From NCBI RefSeq assembly GCF_009914755.1, contig NC_060930.1: a stretch of DNA of 64,000 nt; one strand, given 5' to 3'. The notes below the pieces were generated by a model that had not been told where the DNA came from, did no database searches, and worked only from the letters and a program-made list of their open reading frames with translations. Both the position numbers and the translations under genes were made by a program. Position 1 is the stretch's first letter. The number at the start of each line of letters is the position of its first letter. Shown in pieces: positions 16,814 to 31,999 of the stretch. The stretch comes from the human T2T-CHM13v2.0 reference genome, Homo sapiens.

Positions 16814-19229
16814 TAAGGCCAACAACTTTTAAATTTGCCGTTTTGAGGATATTTTCTAGATCCTGTAGGCATGCTCCATTGTTTGTTTATTATTTTTTCT
16901 TTTGTCTCCTCTGACTGTATTTTTAAATAGCCTGTCTTCAAGCTCACTAATTCTTTATTCTGCTTGATCAACTATGCTGTTAAGAGACTACTGCATTCTT
17001 CATATGTCAGTTGCATTTTTCAACTTCAGAGTTTTTGCTTGATTCTTTTTAATTGTTTTATTTGTTAAATTTATCTCCTAGAATTCTGAGCTCCTTCTCT
17101 GTGTTATCTTGAATTTCTTTGAATTTCTTCAAAGTAACTATTTTGAATTATCTGTCTGAAAGGTCACATATCTCTATTTTTCCAGGATTGGTCCCTGGTG
17201 CCTTATTTAGTTCATTTGGTGAGGCCATGTTATCGTGGATTGTCTTGATACTGGTAGATGTTCACCTTTGTCTGGGCATTGAAGAATGGGGTATTTATTG
17301 TAATCTTTGCAGTCTAGGCTTGTTTGTACCTGTCCTTCCTTGGAAGGCTTTCCAGGTATTCAAAAGGACTTGGGTGTTGTAATCGAAGCCATATCTGCAT
17401 TAGGGAATACCTTAAATTCAGCAATGTTGTGGTTCTGGCAGATACATAGAGGTACCATCTTGATGGTGTTGAATAAGATCTGGAAGAAATCTCTGGATTA
17501 TCAGACAAAGACTCTTGTTCTCTTCCTTTACTTCCTCCAAACAAATGGTGTCTCTCTCTCTTCTGAGCTGTATGGAGCTAGGGATGGGGTGACACAAGCA
17601 ACCCTGTGGCCACCAGCACTGGGACTGCACTGGGTCAGATCTGAAGCTAGCAGCTAGCGTAGCACTGGGTCTTGCTCCAGGCCTGCTGTAACCACTACGT
17701 GCCTACCGCCTACGTTCACTCAAGGCCCTGGGGCTCTACAGTCAACAGCTGGCAAATCCAGCCAGGCCTGTTTCCTTCCCTTTGGGGAGGCAAGTTCTCC
17801 CTGAGCCCAGGTGGGTCCGGAGGTGCTGCTCGGGTGCGAGCTACTGGAGTTAAAAATCATAGAAGTCTACCTGGTGTTCTTTTTGTTCTGCAACTGAGCT
17901 GGCACTCAAACAACAAGATGCAGTCCTCACTTTTTTCTCCCCTTTCCACAGGTAGAGGAGCCTCACCCTGTGGTCATAATCACCACAGGCCCACAGGGAG
18001 TACTGCCAGACTACTGGCAATATTCCCTTTAGGCCCAAGGATTCTTCAGTCAGCTTCTGGTGAATGCTGCCTGGTCTGGGAATCACCCTTTTGGGCAGTG
18101 GGCTCCTCTCTGGCCCAGGGCAGGTCCAGAAATGCTGTTCAAGAGCCAAGGCCTGGAAGTGGGGACTCCAAGAGCCTGCAAGTTGCTCTAACCCTCTATT
18201 GCTAAGTTGGTACCTAAGGTGCAAGACAAAGTCCCCTTACTTTTCCCTCCACGTTTCTCAAGCAGGAGACTCTTCCTGTAGCTCCCACAGCTGGGAATGT
18301 GCTGAGTGTCACACGAAGCCAGCAAGTTTCAGAGTCTCACTCAAGGCCCACAGCATACTACCTGGGAGTCACTGCTGGTTATTCAGGGCCCAAGGGCTTT
18401 TTAGTCAGTAGGTGATCTGTCCTACCAGGACTGGGTCCTTCCCTTCAAGGTAGTGGATTTCCTTCTGGCCCAGAGTGTGTCTAGAAATGTCGTCTGGGAG
18501 CTAGGGCCTGGAAGGAGGGCCTTATGGCTCAGAATGGTGGCCTATGCTACTGTGGCTGAGGTGGTATCCAAAATGCAAGACAAAGCCCTCCTTACTCTTC
18601 ACTCTCCTCTCCTTAAGCAGAAGGAAGGGGTCGCTTTCATTGCTGTGAGCTACACTGCCTGGGGTTGGGAGAGAGATGGCTCAAGCACTCCCTTAGCTAG
18701 CCCAGATGATGTTTTAGTAGGTCATGTGCCCCCCAAGTCCACTGTCTGTGAGTTCAGTTTAACACTAGGACTTGCCTAGGAGTTGTAGTCCTTGTGGCCT
18801 CGACTGCCTTTCCAGTTTATTTAGAGCCCCAGGACACTTTAGCCTGTGGTGGCAAGACTTGCCAGAACTCAAGTTCTGACTTCTAGGATGAACAATTCCA
18901 CTGTGGCTAGGGCTGATTTATATACACCCTAGGTGGGCGAGCATCGGTTGAGTTGAGCCCAGATTTGCTTTCTGCTGTGACAGGGCAGTACTGAATTCAA
19001 TGCAATGTTTCATAGCTGCTTTACTCTCCCTTTCTTAACTGCACAGATTCTCTCTTTGTGCCATGCAGTCACTGCTGTGGGATGGGGGAGAGGTAGCATT
19101 GGTAATTCAAGACTGTCTTTCCTTCACTCTTCCAGTGTTTTTCTTCAGTCATATGAAGTTAAAATCAGCTACTATGAGTGCTCACTTGATTTTAGGATCT
19201 TATGAAGGTGCTTTTTCTGTGTGCAAAGG

Positions 19230-19444
19230 GATGTTTTACATGGTGGCAGGCAAGATAGCCTGTGTAAGGGCTTTATAAAACCATCAGATCTCTTGAGACT
19301 TACTCACTATCATGGAAAGAGCATAGGAAAGACCTGTTCCCATGATTGAATTATTTCCCACTGGGTTCCTCCCATGACACATGGGAATTATGGGAGCTAC
19401 AATTCAAAATGAGATTTGGATGGGGACACAGCTAAACCATATCA
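19230..19444 (-). mobile_element. THE1/MST-type LTR fragment
   Basis: 'ataaaaccatcagatctcttgagacttactcactatcat...ggggacacagctaaaccatatca'. Confidence 0.85.
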
Positions 19445-19468
19445 GGGTGTGAGCCACTGTGCTTGGCC

Positions 19469-19860
19469 TGAGCTGGATTCTTATCTGGGGATTTGGGTCC
19501 TCTTCCAAGCTCACTCAGTTCCATGCAATGTAGGACTGAAGTCCCTATTTCTTGCTGACTTTTGGGGCTGTTCTCAGCTCCTAGAAGCCACTCACATCTT
19601 TGCCATGTTCTTCTTCCCTCTTCAGAGCCAGCAATGGAGAATTGCTCTGAAACTCTGAATTCCTTTTACTAGGAAGAACCCTGTCCATTTTAAGATCTCA
19701 CTGACTATGCCAGGTTAGGTTTATGACACTATGACAAAAAATGTGACCTAATCATGGGACTGACATCCCACAGTATTTATAGGTTCTTTCCATGCTCAAG
19801 AAGGAAGGATCGTATGACAGTGAGGGTCTGTGGGTTATGTTAGAATTCTGTTTACCACAA
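19469..19860 (-). mobile_element. MLT1-type LTR, second part
   Basis: 'gtaggactgaagtccctatttcttgctg...ctcagctcctagaagcca...ttagaattctgtttaccaca'. Confidence 0.75.
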
Positions 19861-20818
19861 CACTTGGTGGATAAGGCAGAAAAATCTAAATTCTACTTGA
19901 AAGATATAAAGTGTTACATGGAGGCATCATAAGGAGACAACCTTACTCTAAGATGGTAAATGCTTAGCATATGGGAGATGCTCAATCAGTGTTTGTTAAC
20001 CTGTGGCAAGTCCATATATACTGAGAACACAATAATGTATTGGACGTATAAATCAGAATGAGCTTTATTTATCAAATAAGAAAACCTGTTTGTTCCACAA
20101 ATTGGACAGTTTGATTGTCAACCTTCTGTGCAGGGGAAAATGAACTCCAGAAGGAGGGGCTGGGTAGATAAAGGTAGGGCTGGGGTAGATAAAGAGCCTT
20201 CACACATTTAAGCATTTTGAGCCACTCTCAGGGGAGAAGCCAGAAGAGTTTTGGTGAAAAGCCTACTCAGGAACCACAGCAGGTAGCATGATGTCAAAGT
20301 CAAGAATACAGGATCAGACACAAGTTGCCTTCAGTGGCCCAGTGTTTTTCTTATTTGCTGAGGCGCCTGAAAGTGTATACTTACTCACATGGGTTACTAA
20401 GTTCCCATTCAATATATCACTTCCCTTGAAAGAGTCAACGCACTTCCTTGAGAAATGCTCTGATAACCTGGCAACGAATGAGATAGGCCTGCCCAGACTG
20501 GAGTTCAATACTCGTTTGTGTTGACAGTATCTTCCAGTGTCTAACAGGAGATTGAATTGTAGTCATTAAAAGTGCTTCTCTGGGGTCACCTAATAAAAAC
20601 AACACCACTAGGGGGGTTTTCTGATTATGTGACTCCTTCATTTGAAGTAATTTCAGAGCTTTATGGACAGATCTGTTTACAGCTATTTCCCATTCCTGTT
20701 TCATAAATGGAAATAAGTTGCCTCTGAAGAAAACGGACTTCTCCAAGGTCTTAGTAAATCAGTTGAAGCACAGGAAAGCTAATGCAATATTCTAGTTTTA
20801 AAATTTCTAAAAAGGAGA

Positions 20819-21102
20819 TGCCTGGGTGTGGTGGCTCATACCTGTATTCCCAGCACTTTGGGAGGCCAAGATAGGAAGACTGCTCGAGGCCAAGAGTTTT
20901 AGACCAGCTTGGTCAACATGGCAAGACTCCATTTCTATAAAAAAAATTTTAAAATTGGCTGAGTATGGTGGTGTGCATCTGTAGTCCTAGTTACTCAGGA
21001 GGCTGAGGCAGGAGGATCACTTAAGCCCAGGAGTTTGAGGCTGCAGTGGGCTACAGTTGTGGCACTGCACTCCAGCCTGGGCTACAGAGTGAGGCCTTGT
21101 CA
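20819..21102 (+). mobile_element. AluJ-like
   Basis: 'ggaggatcacttaagcccaggagtttgaggctgcagtg' AluJ signature, diverged. Confidence 0.9.
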
Positions 21103-21642
21103 ATTTAGATAGATACTTTAAATTGATGCCTGAATTTCTAATTTTCTAATTTGGATATTCACTTTTAACATTTATTTATAAATATTTCTATTGCTCTCAC
21201 AATTCTCTAGTCTTGAAATGCTTGTATCTTTTCCTAGGCTGAAAATCTGGATATTTTATAAAGCAACTTAATTATTGAAGATTCAGATAAAGTCCATTTG
21301 ACCAAGCATGTGTGTTTGTAAATTTTACGTTTAAATATTTTTATTTAATTGCTAAATACAAAATTGAATTACCCGACTGAAGTGACAGTCTGATTATTTC
21401 AATGTTACGCAAGAGGAATTTTAAATTTCCTGTGAAGTTCTCGGAAAGAATGATGAAGACATTGTTACTTCTTATATAAAGTCCAGTTTTAAGTACTCCA
21501 GAGTAGATTTAGAAAGGCTTTGCCGCTGCTTATCACACTTTAGCTGTTCAAGAAGGAGTCAGAGAGGCACATAAGTAGGGAAGGATGACTTATATAACTG
21601 ATGCAAATACAAGTGTAGGCCCAGCAAAATTTCAGTTCACTA

Positions 21643-22015
<373 letters not shown>

Positions 22016-23199
22016 GGTGAGTGTACAGAAGAACTTGGAGGTTTATGGCCTATTATCTGGTAACATAGAATCTTAGAATGGTTCAATCATTCTAATGGTG
22101 GTGGCTAATTCCCATCAGAATATCACTCTTGTAGATACTTGGAGAGGTTTGTGTCTGGTGAATTCCATCACACTTTAATATGACAGTAACAATGTCCTAA
22201 AAAAGTGACTATGATTGATGAAGATGTTGGATGTTTGTGAAATAAGCATCTAAACTATCAGTTTGAATTTTTTTAAATAACAAATTGGTATTAAACTAGA
22301 ACATTTGAAGTATTTTCTTACACTTAGTAGGAAAACATAGAGCATTTTAAGATGTTGAGTTTTAAATTAGGAAACAACAGCGAAGTATCTAGAGACACAG
22401 AATACACCAAAGGAAACCCACAAACCACAGGCTAAGACATTGTTACTATGTGGACTGACCATGACAAAATACTCACTCCCTTTCCTCTCACAAGGGCTGC
22501 TTTTAGCTCGATACTAGATATTATTGACATAAAAAACTCAGAGCACTAAAAATGTATCTACTCTGTTTTCCTAGTATTTGTTTTTCTTCCTTGTCTCCTG
22601 CAATTTTATGTGAGAAATGAGAACTCAGCGTGACCCCAGTTATTAAAATCCGGAGGCTAGAATCTGGATATGGAATATCTATTGAAGCATGGCACCAAAA
22701 CTTGATAGCTTTTGCTCCTTTTTGGTACTGTTGTGAGGACCAAGAGTTAATGAAAGAACAAAAATCCAATCAAGCAAGTCTCTCCTTGTTCAGAAAATTA
22801 AATGCATGTGTGAGAGAATCAATGGTCAATATCAACACTTTGGTAGACGCATTGGAACTGATTTGGCTTCGTGCCGAGCTTTTAAGGCTATTGGTGGAGG
22901 AGGGAGGAGTTTAACAACAGGAAAACAGCCAAAGAATATGAACTTCTCTTTTACCATCTTCATCATGTATCATATATAATGATTGGTGAATAACATGGGA
23001 AAGTTGCCAAAATTGCTTTGTCTCAACATTTATAGTTTCCAGGGATGGAAACTATATCCAGATATCCAGACTCAACAGGCATCTAAAATTCAGGCTCTAA
23101 CTTCTCAATGTTCTAGAGAATATCTATAATGCAATTTCTGCCTATAGAAATCTTTGTGAAATTCTCACAAGTGGGAGATGTTTAGCATAATAGATAGAC

Positions 23200-23570
23200 G
23201 TGTGGCTTGCACCAGATGTATCCTTTGTATGGAATGCTGTTTTCCATGATTCACATATAGCTATTTCCACCTTGCTATGTAGGGCTCAGTTTATACATCA
23301 TTCCCTCAGAGAGGACTCTTCTGACCACCCTACCCAATCACTCCATAACATGTTTTATTTTTATCAGAGCACTTGCCACTTCCTCCTATTTTACTTCATT
23401 TTGTTTTGTTTGCGGTCTGTCTCCCTGCCTCTCACTTGAATTTAAGGTCCATGGAAGCAGAGACTTTGTCTGTCTTGTTCATTTCTATTTCCTTGTGTCT
23501 ACAACATGTGTAGCCAATATTAGGTTCATAATAGATGCCTGCGGAATGACAAGTGAGTAAATGAATGAGC
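23200..23570 (+). mobile_element. L2 3' fragment
   Basis: 'aaggtccatggaagcagagactttgtctgtcttgttc...gtaaatgaatga'. Confidence 0.7.
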
Positions 23571-25160
23571 AATAAAGTATAGATATATTCTACCAGTATT
23601 GAATTCTTTGTTTCCCAGGAAAAGTTATTTGGTCTTAATATTCTGCCTTTCGTATTCTTTCTGTTCACCAATGATATTAAAATGCATAGTGTTGCTAGTG
23701 TATAAGGGTTTACATGGGGGTTTTTCTACAAGGGTGGAAAGGATTCCTCTAAGAGCAAAATAAGATTATCAGAAAATTTACTTTTAAGATAAACAAATGA
23801 TAGATAAAAACTGAGAAAGGAAGTTATCTAAGTAAGATAAAGTGGCTCCTAGGTTTACAAGATTTGATTGAAATGAATAAAATGTATTATCATATATCAG
23901 GGGCAAAAAATACAACTAAAAGCATTGGTCAACCATGAAAGTAGAAAAGAAGAGTTTTGGATGCAACCTTACCGGTGCCTGTCTACACATCCGAGGACCG
24001 TGCATCCTGGAAGGGTCCACCAACATACCACTCTGCTGTGGAATGGTTGCATCTGGTCATCTCAACCTCATGCAATTATCTGCTTCTTGAAGTCTCTTTG
24101 TTCTGATTTCCAGGCCACCAAGCAAACTTTGCAATGTGATTTGGCACACATTTCTCCTGCCATGAGAAATGTACCTATGAACCTGAAGTCCTTCAGTCCC
24201 AGTGATGATCATTGCCCATCACGCATAATAAATTGGCATCAGGTTTATGTGTCTATCCCATAAGCTTGGTAAATGTGAGTAGTTCCTAAAAGAGATGTGC
24301 TGACAATTCATACATCTGAGCTGGCTAGATTCCCAGCAATGTGCTGGATCCTGATAAATTCACCAGGATGAGGGATTGAAGACCTTGTAAGGGAGGCACA
24401 AGAACTGAGCCAAAAATTTTAGTTGAATTTTTGAATTAGTGTCCATCTGCTATCCATGAAACAGGTCAGTGACTTAACTGAGGGCAATATTTTGAACCTT
24501 TCTAACCTAAAGGGATGGAGGTAAGTGAAATCCAAGTCACCATCTCTATTTCTCAGCACGAGAGGTAAAGAATTTGGGACTAATTATTTGGAAATTCAGA
24601 TCTCAGCCTCATTTGTTTCTTTAGAGCCTCTCCCTAGAGCAAGTCTTAACATGGTAAAAAGGAAAAAGGTGGATTTTCTTCTCTTCTTTGGGAAACCCTC
24701 CCTATGCCTAATGCCTACCCCAATGTCTAAAGCCAAGTTCCTCGGCAGGGGCTCTGCACCAGGGCTTGAGGCCCAGGAGCCCAGATGAAGCATGAAGAAC
24801 CCATGGATCCAGCCTGTGATTGCCTGTGTTTGGCCGCATATAAGTAACACCGGCCTTGGTAAAAGGGTCAGCTCAGAAACTTACATGTCTTTGGCGTTGC
24901 TGATCTGCTTTCTGACTTCTTTTCATCCCTCCTGTTTTCAATGACCTTTCCTCTCAGCATTTATATTTAGAGCAAATCTCATTCACATTGAAGCTTTACT
25001 TCTCCTTAACTTCTTTTATATAAAATATTCTTTCTTTAATTGTATTATAAGAACCTGAAAGCAAGTGATAAGGAAGGGTGTCATATCTGTGTGTCTAAAA
25101 TCGTACTATGGTTTGGTGTAAGTTTAAGCAAGATCCCCAGCAAGATCTGGGTGTCTTTCA

Positions 25161-25506
<346 letters not shown>

Positions 25507-27264
25507 AAGAACTTTGAGTTTGAAGTTTGAATTAACCCTTGTTTTGCCACTTACTTGTTTCTTGATTTTGGTCATGTTTTTAAATCTTGGGTTTCTCATC
25601 TGCTAAACAGCAGTAGCAACTCTTCAGAGTGCTTCTGAAGATTAAACAAAATAATGGATTTGGGGCTTAGCAAGCTCCTAGTACACACTATTATTTGTTT
25701 TATCATCTCTGCCCTCACTGCTGGATTCCTTTCAGTTCTGCTCAGAAGGAAGAACCCTCCTAATCCCTTCCCAGTGAGAACGGCTCCTGGGCCCAGAGGG
25801 ACAGCCATGTTAAGAGAGGACAAGCTGCCCCTCTCTGTCCCGTGCCTGCTCTTCGCTATTCTCATAGCCCTGCCCCATCTCCTGTGTACTTTCCACCCCT
25901 AATTGTCTGAGGCCCTTTCACCGTGCCATGTTTCTTTTTTTTGTATGTGCTCTATCCTAAGATCACTGCAGTAACAGTTCTGCTGGCACCCTGCCTTACC
26001 TAGCAGATAAGCTGTGGGGATATGAGCCACAGTTTCTATAGCCTTGGGGCCTGAGGCTGGAGTTGGGGGACAGAGACCATGAGCTACTGTGCAAGGAAAT
26101 GTTCTGATGAAGGGCAAAGTCTGGCGATGAAAGAACTGGGAGAGTAGGAGTGGAACCCAGAAATGTTTAGTCCCAGGTGCAGGGGCTGGGAGTGAGAACC
26201 CAGATTGCTTGATGACGGAGACGATGTTGTCATTTTCCTTGTGTCTACAGCACCTAGCACAGTGCTCGGCATAAAATAGGCCCTCAAATGTAGGTGGATG
26301 ATAATTACTGAGGAGTGAAATTTAGGAACTTTGTTGTTTAAATTGTGTGTGATTGGGGAATTGTTGATTTGCCTGAATACTGATTACAGTCTCTCTAAAA
26401 GGAGCATAAAAATGACATATTTACGCTGCCTATGTAAAAAGTATTGAATGGCATTTGTATGACTTGCTTAGATTAACACATAGCAAACTAATACTTATTA
26501 TACTTGTCATTACATTTGTATCACATTACCTTTGCAGTAAGTTTTATTTGATTGCAATCGTAAACTATGTATGCTTAAGATATGTTTACAGAATCTGAGG
26601 CTTAATCCACCAGTAACAACAAGCATCCTTCTCGGTGCTTTAGAGTCCTACCTCGCGAGCTCAGGCTTCCTAGAATGTTACCACGTGTCCCACATTTGTT
26701 CACTCACATATTTAAAAAAGACAAAAAGGACAGAAAGAACATTGCTCAGGACAGTCAGGGGAGGGGGGTGACCAGAATGAAAACAGTCAGTGTAGAACAT
26801 TGTGCAGGCCCATTCCTGGGGCGTGAAGAATCTGAGACATTTGGAGAAGACCCAGGGAACACAAGGAAGGGAGGGGGGATTGCAAGAGGCAGGCAGTGAG
26901 GAAGCAGCCGGGGGATCTGGCTGGGATTCCAATCCATTCTTAGCTACTTGATACAAAGGCTATTATATTAAAATTCTTCTAAAGAAAGATGGATTTCCAC
27001 AGCACCCTATTTGTGTCCTAAATTTAGAGTAACAAAGCTGGAGCAATTGAATGGTGCAAAAACTCTTTCTTCCCTCAGAGTCAAAGGAACAGTAAAAATT
27101 GGACTTATGAAATTAACTTTCTACTTGAGTAGTATTTGTCCTTTTAGTTCTTGCATACTTGTTTGTAAACATAGTTTGAGTTTCACTGAATATTTTTTCT
27201 TTTAGTTAATAATATAGCTTCCCACATCCAGTCACTTACTAAGCTCTGGACACCTCCAGTTTTT

Positions 27265-27800
27265 TCAATAGCTCTCAATCTCCTGTCTTAGTACAGGTTC
27301 ATCTGAAGGACATCTCAGGGGAAGGCTTCTTGTGTAAGTGATTTGTGAAGGAAGTGCTTCCAGGAGAACCTGGGAAAGGAGTGAGGGAAGCAAGACAGGG
27401 AAGGGTGCAGTTTCAGGCAGCATGTCCCAGAGAGTAGCTTCAGCCTGAGCCCATGGAAAATACTGGAATGTAACTGGGGCCTTGGGATTTGTCCCAAGCA
27501 TGATCAAAGCAACTGGGCTTTAAGATTTTATATTTTATAAACTCTGTCTAAAGGCTGTGGGATTTGAGGGGTTAGTGGTGGTGGGGGTGGTGTGTAGAAA
27601 GTGAACTTGTAGGCACTTTGGGCTTTTTTATGCCTGTGAGCAAGGCACTCCAATGCCAAGAAGTGTTCGCCAAAGGAAAGTTGCAGGTGTGAGGTGGATG
27701 TGGGCATGCAAGCAAAAGTGCAGCTGGAGGATGGCACACAGAAGATGTTACCAAGGATGACAGGGGATCTCAGTGGAGCTTAGAGAGTGTCCACAGCCTG
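27265..27800. mobile_element. Old MLT1-type LTR fragments
   Basis: 'gtaagtgatttgtgaaggaagtgcttccaggagaac...gagtgagggaagcaagacaggg' MLT1-like. Confidence 0.5.
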
Positions 27801-27933
27801 TCTTGATTCTCTCTGTCTCTACTGTGTATCTTCAGCACAAGTCCCTGTGACTCTTTCTCTTCTGGGTTGCACCATATGTTCCTAACTGATATCCTTTGAT
27901 CCATAAATTATTGTTGGAGTCTGTGATCTTTCT

Positions 27934-28222
<289 letters not shown>

Positions 28223-28377
28223 ATCTGTGATCTTTCTAAATCACAAATCTGGCAGTGCTAGTCCAGTGCTCAAAACCCTTCAGTTTTTGCCTAAAGTCCA
28301 AGCTGCTTAGCGCAACTTGCCTGATACTCTTGATCTGACCCCAAACTCTTAGGGCTGTACTCATACAGCACAGTGGG

Positions 28378-28738
28378 TGTTACGGACTGAATATTTATAA
28401 TCACGCCCCCAAATCCTAACACCAACCCTGTGGTGATGTATTAGGAGACAGAGCCTTTGAGACTGATTAAGTCATGAGGGTGAAATCCCCATGAATGAGA
28501 TTAGTGCCCTTATAAGAGACACTCCAGAGAGCTCTCTCACCCCTTCAGCCATGTGGGAATGTGGCAATAAAATCCTGGGCCTTCTATGAAACAGGAAGAG
28601 GGCCCTCAACAGACACTGAATTTGTTGACACCTTGATCTTGACCTTCCCAGCCTCTAGAACTTTGAGAAGCAAATATTTGTCATTTAAGCCACCCAGTCT
28701 ATGATATTTTTGTTATAGTGGCCCAAATGGATTAAGAC
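28378..28738 (+). mobile_element. MLT1A-like solo LTR
   Basis: tgttacggactgaat...gattagtgcccttataagag...gattaagaca, TG...CA termini. Confidence 0.85.
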
Positions 28739-29608
28739 ACTGGTATGACTTGCTGCTCTCTGACCTCTGGAATTCTGTAATGCTATGCCTACTGTCTGGA
28801 AAATCTTTGCCCACCTCCTCACCTGGCTCCCCGTTCCTTACCTTTGAAGATCTAGCTCACTCTTTATGTCCTCTGGCTTTCCACTGTACCCTGGGCTCAT
28901 GCCATTGTAATATTTGCCACAGTCATTTTCCCACCAGACTGTGAGCCTCTTTAAGAGAGTCTTGTGCGCTGTTCACATCTACATTGCATCATTCTTGAAT
29001 TCCATTAGAGGATAAAGTGAACTGAAGGAGGAGCAGGAAATCTGTCTTTGCAGGGATCTGCAGAATGAATGTGATTTAAGTTTCATGGGCCTCATTCTTC
29101 AAGAGTTCGGCCAAGGGAGTCAAAACAAAAGGTTGGTCCCCTCCTATGTGCCAGATAATGGGCTGGATGTACATTGTCACATTTAGGAGACTAAATGTAC
29201 ATCCAGCCCATTATCTGGCACATAGGAGGGGACCAATCTTACCTTTGAAGATCCAGCTCAATCTTTATGGCCTCTGGCTTCCCACTATACCCTGGGCTCA
29301 CACCACTGTAGTATTTGCCACACTCGTTTTCTAAGAGGTAGCACCATCAAGAAACCATAAAATAGAATAAGTCTCTTGAGATCAGAGACTTTTCTGTTTT
29401 CAGAGCTTTTCTGGTTTCCTAATGGTGCTACCTCTGAGAAAGAAAAATTTAACTCATACACTCAATTTGGCCTGCATCTATACTGAAAGTGGAAGAGATA
29501 TTTAATTTAAGCCAATTAAATGTATATTTTTGAGGGCCTTGGATTTCAGGCGAAGACTTGGCAGTGTAGTACATGTCAAGTATGAAATGAATTAAACATG
29601 GAACCTGA

Positions 29609-30063
29609 TTGTTATGGGTTGAATTGTGTTCCCTCAAAATTTATATGTTGAAGTCCTCACCTCCAGTATCTTGGAATATGACTTTATTTGGAAATCAGGT
29701 CATTGCAGTTATAATTCAAGATGAAGCAATACTGGAGTTGGGTGAGCCCCTAATCCCACTGGCATTCTTACAGAAAGAATGCCACGCAAAGAATCAGATA
29801 CGCAGAAAATGCCATGTGAAGATGAAGGCAGAGCTCGGGGTGATGCCTCTAGAAGCCAAGAATGTCAAAGATTGCCAGCAAACCACCAGAAGCAAGGAGA
29901 GAGGCATGGGACAGATTCTCCCTCCCAGTTCTCAGGAAAAAACAACCCTGCTGACACCTCGATCTGGACTTGTTGCTTCCAGAACTGTGAGACTATATAT
30001 TTTTGTTGTTTAAGCCACCCAATTTATGGCAATTTGGTATAGCAGTTTTAGCAAATGCATACA
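29609..30063 (+). mobile_element. MLT1B/C-like solo LTR
   Basis: tgttatgggttgaattgtgttccc...gcaaatgcataca; flanks ctgat/ctaat approximate a 5-bp TSD. Confidence 0.88.
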
Positions 30064-30779
30064 CTAATCTGTGAACTAAGAGACAGGCATAAAAAAACGG
30101 TATGTTGCAGTGTGATGAGGCTAATAGTGGTATCTGTGCAACACACAGGTGCGGCACAGAAAAGAGAAGGATTGGCTGTGAGTTTTGGGAAGGAGATCTA
30201 CACAAGCGGGGGGCACTGGCGAAAGGAAGGTTGCAAAGAAGGGCTGCGTGAGTCAGGTTTTGAAAGCTAAAGATGAAGACTGATCTCTCTCTATGGAGGT
30301 TATGGCAGTCACAGATAAAGCCAACTGCTGTCCAATATTACCCCTAGTTTATCTTAAAAATCGTTGGTGGGAGCTGTGCAGAGAGGCCTTAACAGATATG
30401 GGAGCAAGCAAGTGGATTTGGGGCCTAACAGTGGCATGTGGTAAGCAGCCTGTGATCTTGCACCAGTGGGTGTCGTTCCACTCCCATCCCCCACCTCTGA
30501 TGTAGCACACCCTTTGTTCTCCCCTTTCTTTCTTCCTTTGAGTAAATCTGTTTACTACCCAGAAAAACGAGGAAGGAATAGGCCAATTGCCCAGGGCAGA
30601 TGGTGCGACGTTAACAGATGACACACAGAAAGCAGAACTCCTCAGCTCCTATTTTCCTTTTACATTCTCCAGCAAGGCTCTTCAAATGAAATAGCATGAA
30701 AGAAACATCATTAAGAAGAAACTGAAACACAAGTCCGTGAGAGATAGTGAGGGAACCCACTATCTGGTTGATTTAAATG

Positions 30780-31340
30780 GTTTCATGTGTTCAGATCCAA
30801 GTGAGTTATACCCAAATAATGAAAGAACTTACAGAAAAGACCAGTGAGCCACGAAGGAGACATTCTTTTTAGTGATTTTTCAAAAAGAATTTCTGGATAA
30901 TTTAAAATGTGCTTCAAGCCTAGAGAAAGGTAAATGTTGCTCTCATATTCAAAGAAATATAAAAGATAAACTCACAGAAAATACCAGTTCATATTGATTC
31001 CCTGCAAACTTTTTTTGTTATTTTATTTTACTCACGTACATACAAATATACAAAGAGGAAAGGAGGTAGCAAGGCAGGAGAGAGAAAATGAAGGAATGAG
31101 AGAGACAGAGAAAGAGGGAGAGAAAACAGAGCAGAAAAGATAGAAAAGGGAGAATAAATTTATTAGCTTTATGAAAATTACATTAAGTTTGCACTGCTCA
31201 ATTTACCTATGGTTGTGACTTCAATAATCCTGCAAAATTTTATAACAGCCAATTAAATAAGCATGATATGTGCCTTGAGAAAATAAAGGAGATGGTTAAT
31301 CAGAACCAGAGGTTAATAAGAAAAAATTGTGCTAAACTTG
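30780..31340 (+). mobile_element. L3/CR1 LINE relic
   Basis: Degenerate RT-region motifs 'aaatgttgctctcatattcaaagaa', 'aatcctgcaaaattttataacag', 'ggttaatcagaaccag'. Confidence 0.45.
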
Positions 31341-31999
31341 GAGCTTTTTTCCTTCCCAACTTCCTTTGTCTTGTCTTTTCTTGTTTCCCCAGTGTGAGAA
31401 ATTCCCCCTCCATTTTGATTTCACCCAGAGATGCAGCACTACCTACACCAAACAGAATGTGAATGTCTGCAAGTTCTACACAGTATTTCCCAGGAGCTAA
31501 TTGGATCAGAAGAAAAGGCAGTGCTGATCACAGAGTTTGCCTGTCGGTCCCCAAACTGTATTTCTATTTTCCAAGTTCCTCATCCCGAGGCTTTCTTCCC
31601 TTTCTTCTTCTGTCAGTACCCATAAATCCTGGGCTTCTTCCTTATCCACCTCCCTCTTGTTCCTGTTCTGATAATCTTCCCAGTACATTTGTCCATCCAA
31701 GAACTGGCTGCTGGCTTGCTTTGGTCAGATGACTCCTCTTAGGGTCTGGATCCTTGATTGACAGCTGGGACCAGGAACCTCTGAGCAATCCATCCCTCCG
31801 ATGCAGACTGTCCTTATGAACTACACTTACTATGAATTCCAGTTCCCTTCTCACACATTGGGCTCATTTCTGCTTCTTGAACTATGTCATCATTATTCCT
31901 CCATTCCATATTAGTTGGACACCAACTCTTCAAAACACATCATTACCCCAGGATTAAGAGCCTAGGCTTTGGAGTAAGACTGTGCTTTTTAATCTCTAA

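Noticed and set aside
17672-18779. Longest ORFs (up to 177 aa)
   Set aside because: They lie antisense within the GC-richer L1 5'UTR-like region, with no recognisable protein.
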